Both the position numbers and the translations under genes were made by a program. The notes below the pieces were generated by a model. It did not search any database. It worked only from the letters and a program-made list of their open reading frames with translations, and was not told the DNA's origin. Shown piece after piece: positions 37,444-39,050 of a DNA stretch of 39,050 bases. The stretch's first letter is position 1, and each line of letters opens with the position of its first letter. The DNA comes from Candidatus Phoenicimicrobium oleiphilum (GTDB lineage: Bacteria > Atribacterota > Phoenicimicrobiia > Phoenicimicrobiales > Phoenicimicrobiaceae): the NCBI GenBank assembly GCA_039638295.1, contig JBDIWJ010000012.1, positions 1 to 39,050 of the forward strand. Direction: 5' to 3'.

Positions 37444-38932
37444 TGTTAGTTAAATTTTAAAAGTGAACCATTTAAATTTTAAAAGTGAACACCCTAAGAA
37501 TTAGAAATAAAATATTTTTAAATCTCTGGATATCACAAGTCATTATTTAAATTTCAAAAGTGCACTAAATTAAGTTCACTATTTTTAACTTTTTGTATAC
37601 CTAAAAGTTCACTTTCATGCCAGAATCGGACTTCAGATAAACCAGACTCTTTATCTGGTATTATCCGAAGTTGGATTCTCTCGTGTAGTGGTGCACTAGG
37701 TACTCTTAATTCTAAACTATTTATGGAGATTTTACGGTAAGAATTTACCATCCTATCTACTCTTAAACAGAAGATATCTTTGATAGACTTAAAAGGTGGT
37801 CTTATCGTAAATTCTCTAAAGAGAGACCTTTTCTCTCTTATTGCTCTTTGAAATCTGACATAAGGAATTTCCCCAGTGGTAGAATGAATTATTCTGTAAT
37901 TGTATTGTTGGATAAGGTGATTTAGGATTAATTGGGCTTTTTTAATATCCCTAATATTCTCTCGGTAACAGGTCCTTACCAATCGGTCCTGAATCCACCT
38001 ATAGGGTCTTTCAATCTTACCCTTGGCCTGGGGAGATAGGGCATAGATTACCTTCACCCCACAGTCATCTAATACCTGTTTCCACTGCGGGTTAGCCTCA
38101 TCAGTGAGTTTATAGTGATTTCGCCAGTAAGAGTCTCTACCTTGTACAAAGCGAAAGATAGAAAGACTATCTACATAATAGGCCAGAGGAAAACCATATT
38201 TTAATAAAACATATTCCAAGGCCAAGATATGTTCCCAAGCGGTATCTCTTTCTACTAAGACAGCATACAAGATAAGTCTACTGTAGTCATCTAAAGAGGT
38301 AATCAGATACCATTTATCAGAAGCATAAGGGGCAAACTGGTGATGAGAAGAATCGTGTTGGATAAGTTCTCCGGGGTAGTTGGTCAATATCTCCTTATCA
38401 TGTGCTTTCCTTTCTGGCTTGGAGAAATAAAAGTTGTTCCTCTTGGCTCGGTCGATTACGGTAGGCAGAGATACCTTCTGTCCATATTTTTGTTCTAAAA
38501 GATCTTTGATATAACTGTAGTTATACCACTTAATCGGTATATCTTTATCCTTAATTAAATCTCTTTCGATTTCTAGTTCTTTTAGAATATTTTTCTCTAT
38601 ATCTGGACCTATCTTTCGAGTAGATATTCTACGAGAGTATGAAATAGAGAAGTTTTCGGGATCATCTTTAAATCGTTTTACTAAAGCAAAGAATCTTGTT
38701 TTCTTAATACCTAAAATTTCTTGGATGTATTTTCTTGCCATTTTCTTTTTTAGATAACGGGTAATTAGTTCTTTAATCTGATAATCGGTGAACTTTTTGT
38801 GTAGCTGTTTCATAATATAGGACCTCCTTATATTTTTATCCTATATTATTACATTTTTTAGGCTATTTTGAAGAGTTCACTTTTAAACTTTAAATTATTA
38901 AAAAACGGTTCACTTTTAATTTTTAATTGACA
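37444..38932 (-). mobile_element. Complete insertion sequence, IS1202-like (IS481-related), 1489 bp
   Basis: TGT...ACA ends; 26-bp terminal inverted repeats, 22/26 identical (37444-37469, 38907-38932); subterminal copies at 37472-37490 and 38875-38893; 15-bp flanking direct repeat AACACACAAAAAAAT (37429-37443, 38933-38947). Confidence 0.9.
37554..38813 (-). CDS. DDE transposase (rve/integrase core)
   Basis: N-terminal HTH; GELIQHDSS.H, LDDYSR, YVD, A.SPQAKGKIER...QDRL. Confidence 0.92.
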   Translation of the reverse strand: MKQLHKKFTDYQIKELITRYLKKKMARKYIQEILGIKKTRFFALVKRFKDDPENFSISYSRRISTRKIGPDIEKNILKELEIERDLIKDKDIPIKWYNYSYIKDLLEQKYGQKVSLPTVIDRAKRNNFYFSKPERKAHDKEILTNYPGELIQHDSSHHQFAPYASDKWYLITSLDDYSRLILYAVLVERDTAWEHILALEYVLLKYGFPLAYYVDSLSIFRFVQGRDSYWRNHYKLTDEANPQWKQVLDDCGVKVIYALSPQAKGKIERPYRWIQDRLVRTCYRENIRDIKKAQLILNHLIQQYNYRIIHSTTGEIPYVRFQRAIREKRSLFREFTIRPPFKSIKDIFCLRVDRMVNSYRKISINSLELRVPSAPLHERIQLRIIPDKESGLSEVRFWHESELLGIQKVKNSELNLVHF

Positions 38933-39050
38933 AACACACAAAAAAATTTGACAAGTCAACTTCGCCATTTAATTCAATTTAAACTCTCCTAAACCCTTAC
39001 TGCAGTTGTTTTTTCCTTTTTTTTATCCCATATATATAGTGAAATGATTA

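Noticed and set aside
38933..38960. IS256-like terminal remnant (ACACA...TGACA) as the IS target
   Set aside because: Only a loose resemblance in AT-rich DNA, with no partner end or transposase fragment in the window.
1..39050. tRNA, rRNA, reverse transcriptase or cas genes
   Set aside because: No cloverleaf, rRNA-like tract or matching protein motifs were seen.

Overview
AT-rich chromosomal segment from an anaerobic bacterium. The gene content and repeat style suggest Atribacterota/JS1-like organisms, but this is an impression only. Left to right: a decayed mobile-element remnant with an attenuator-like leader (1-712); a sucrose-phosphate synthase/phosphatase-like pair; a minus-strand four-gene operon (ICMT-like membrane methyltransferase, class I SAM methyltransferase, HgcA-paralog corrinoid protein, LolA-like pseudogene); an AbiE type IV toxin-antitoxin pair; a DNA-repair-flavoured cluster (nfo, mrfA, mrfB, radC, NUDIX); housekeeping and uncharacterised genes separated by GTAG-type REP palindromes; an RRM RNA-binding protein gene with a leader that sequesters its ribosome binding site; a TPP riboswitch-controlled thiamine salvage operon (thiW, cytX, thiM, thiE, thiL, thiD); a MazF remnant; tkt followed by a glycyl-radical activase and HypD; and a complete IS1202-like element with a 15-bp target duplication. 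About nine genes are broken or appear truncated. The best candidates for something new are the HgcA-paralog/double-methyltransferase operon, the RRM leader switch and the 5' attenuator RNA. All family calls come from motif recognition by eye; no searches were run.
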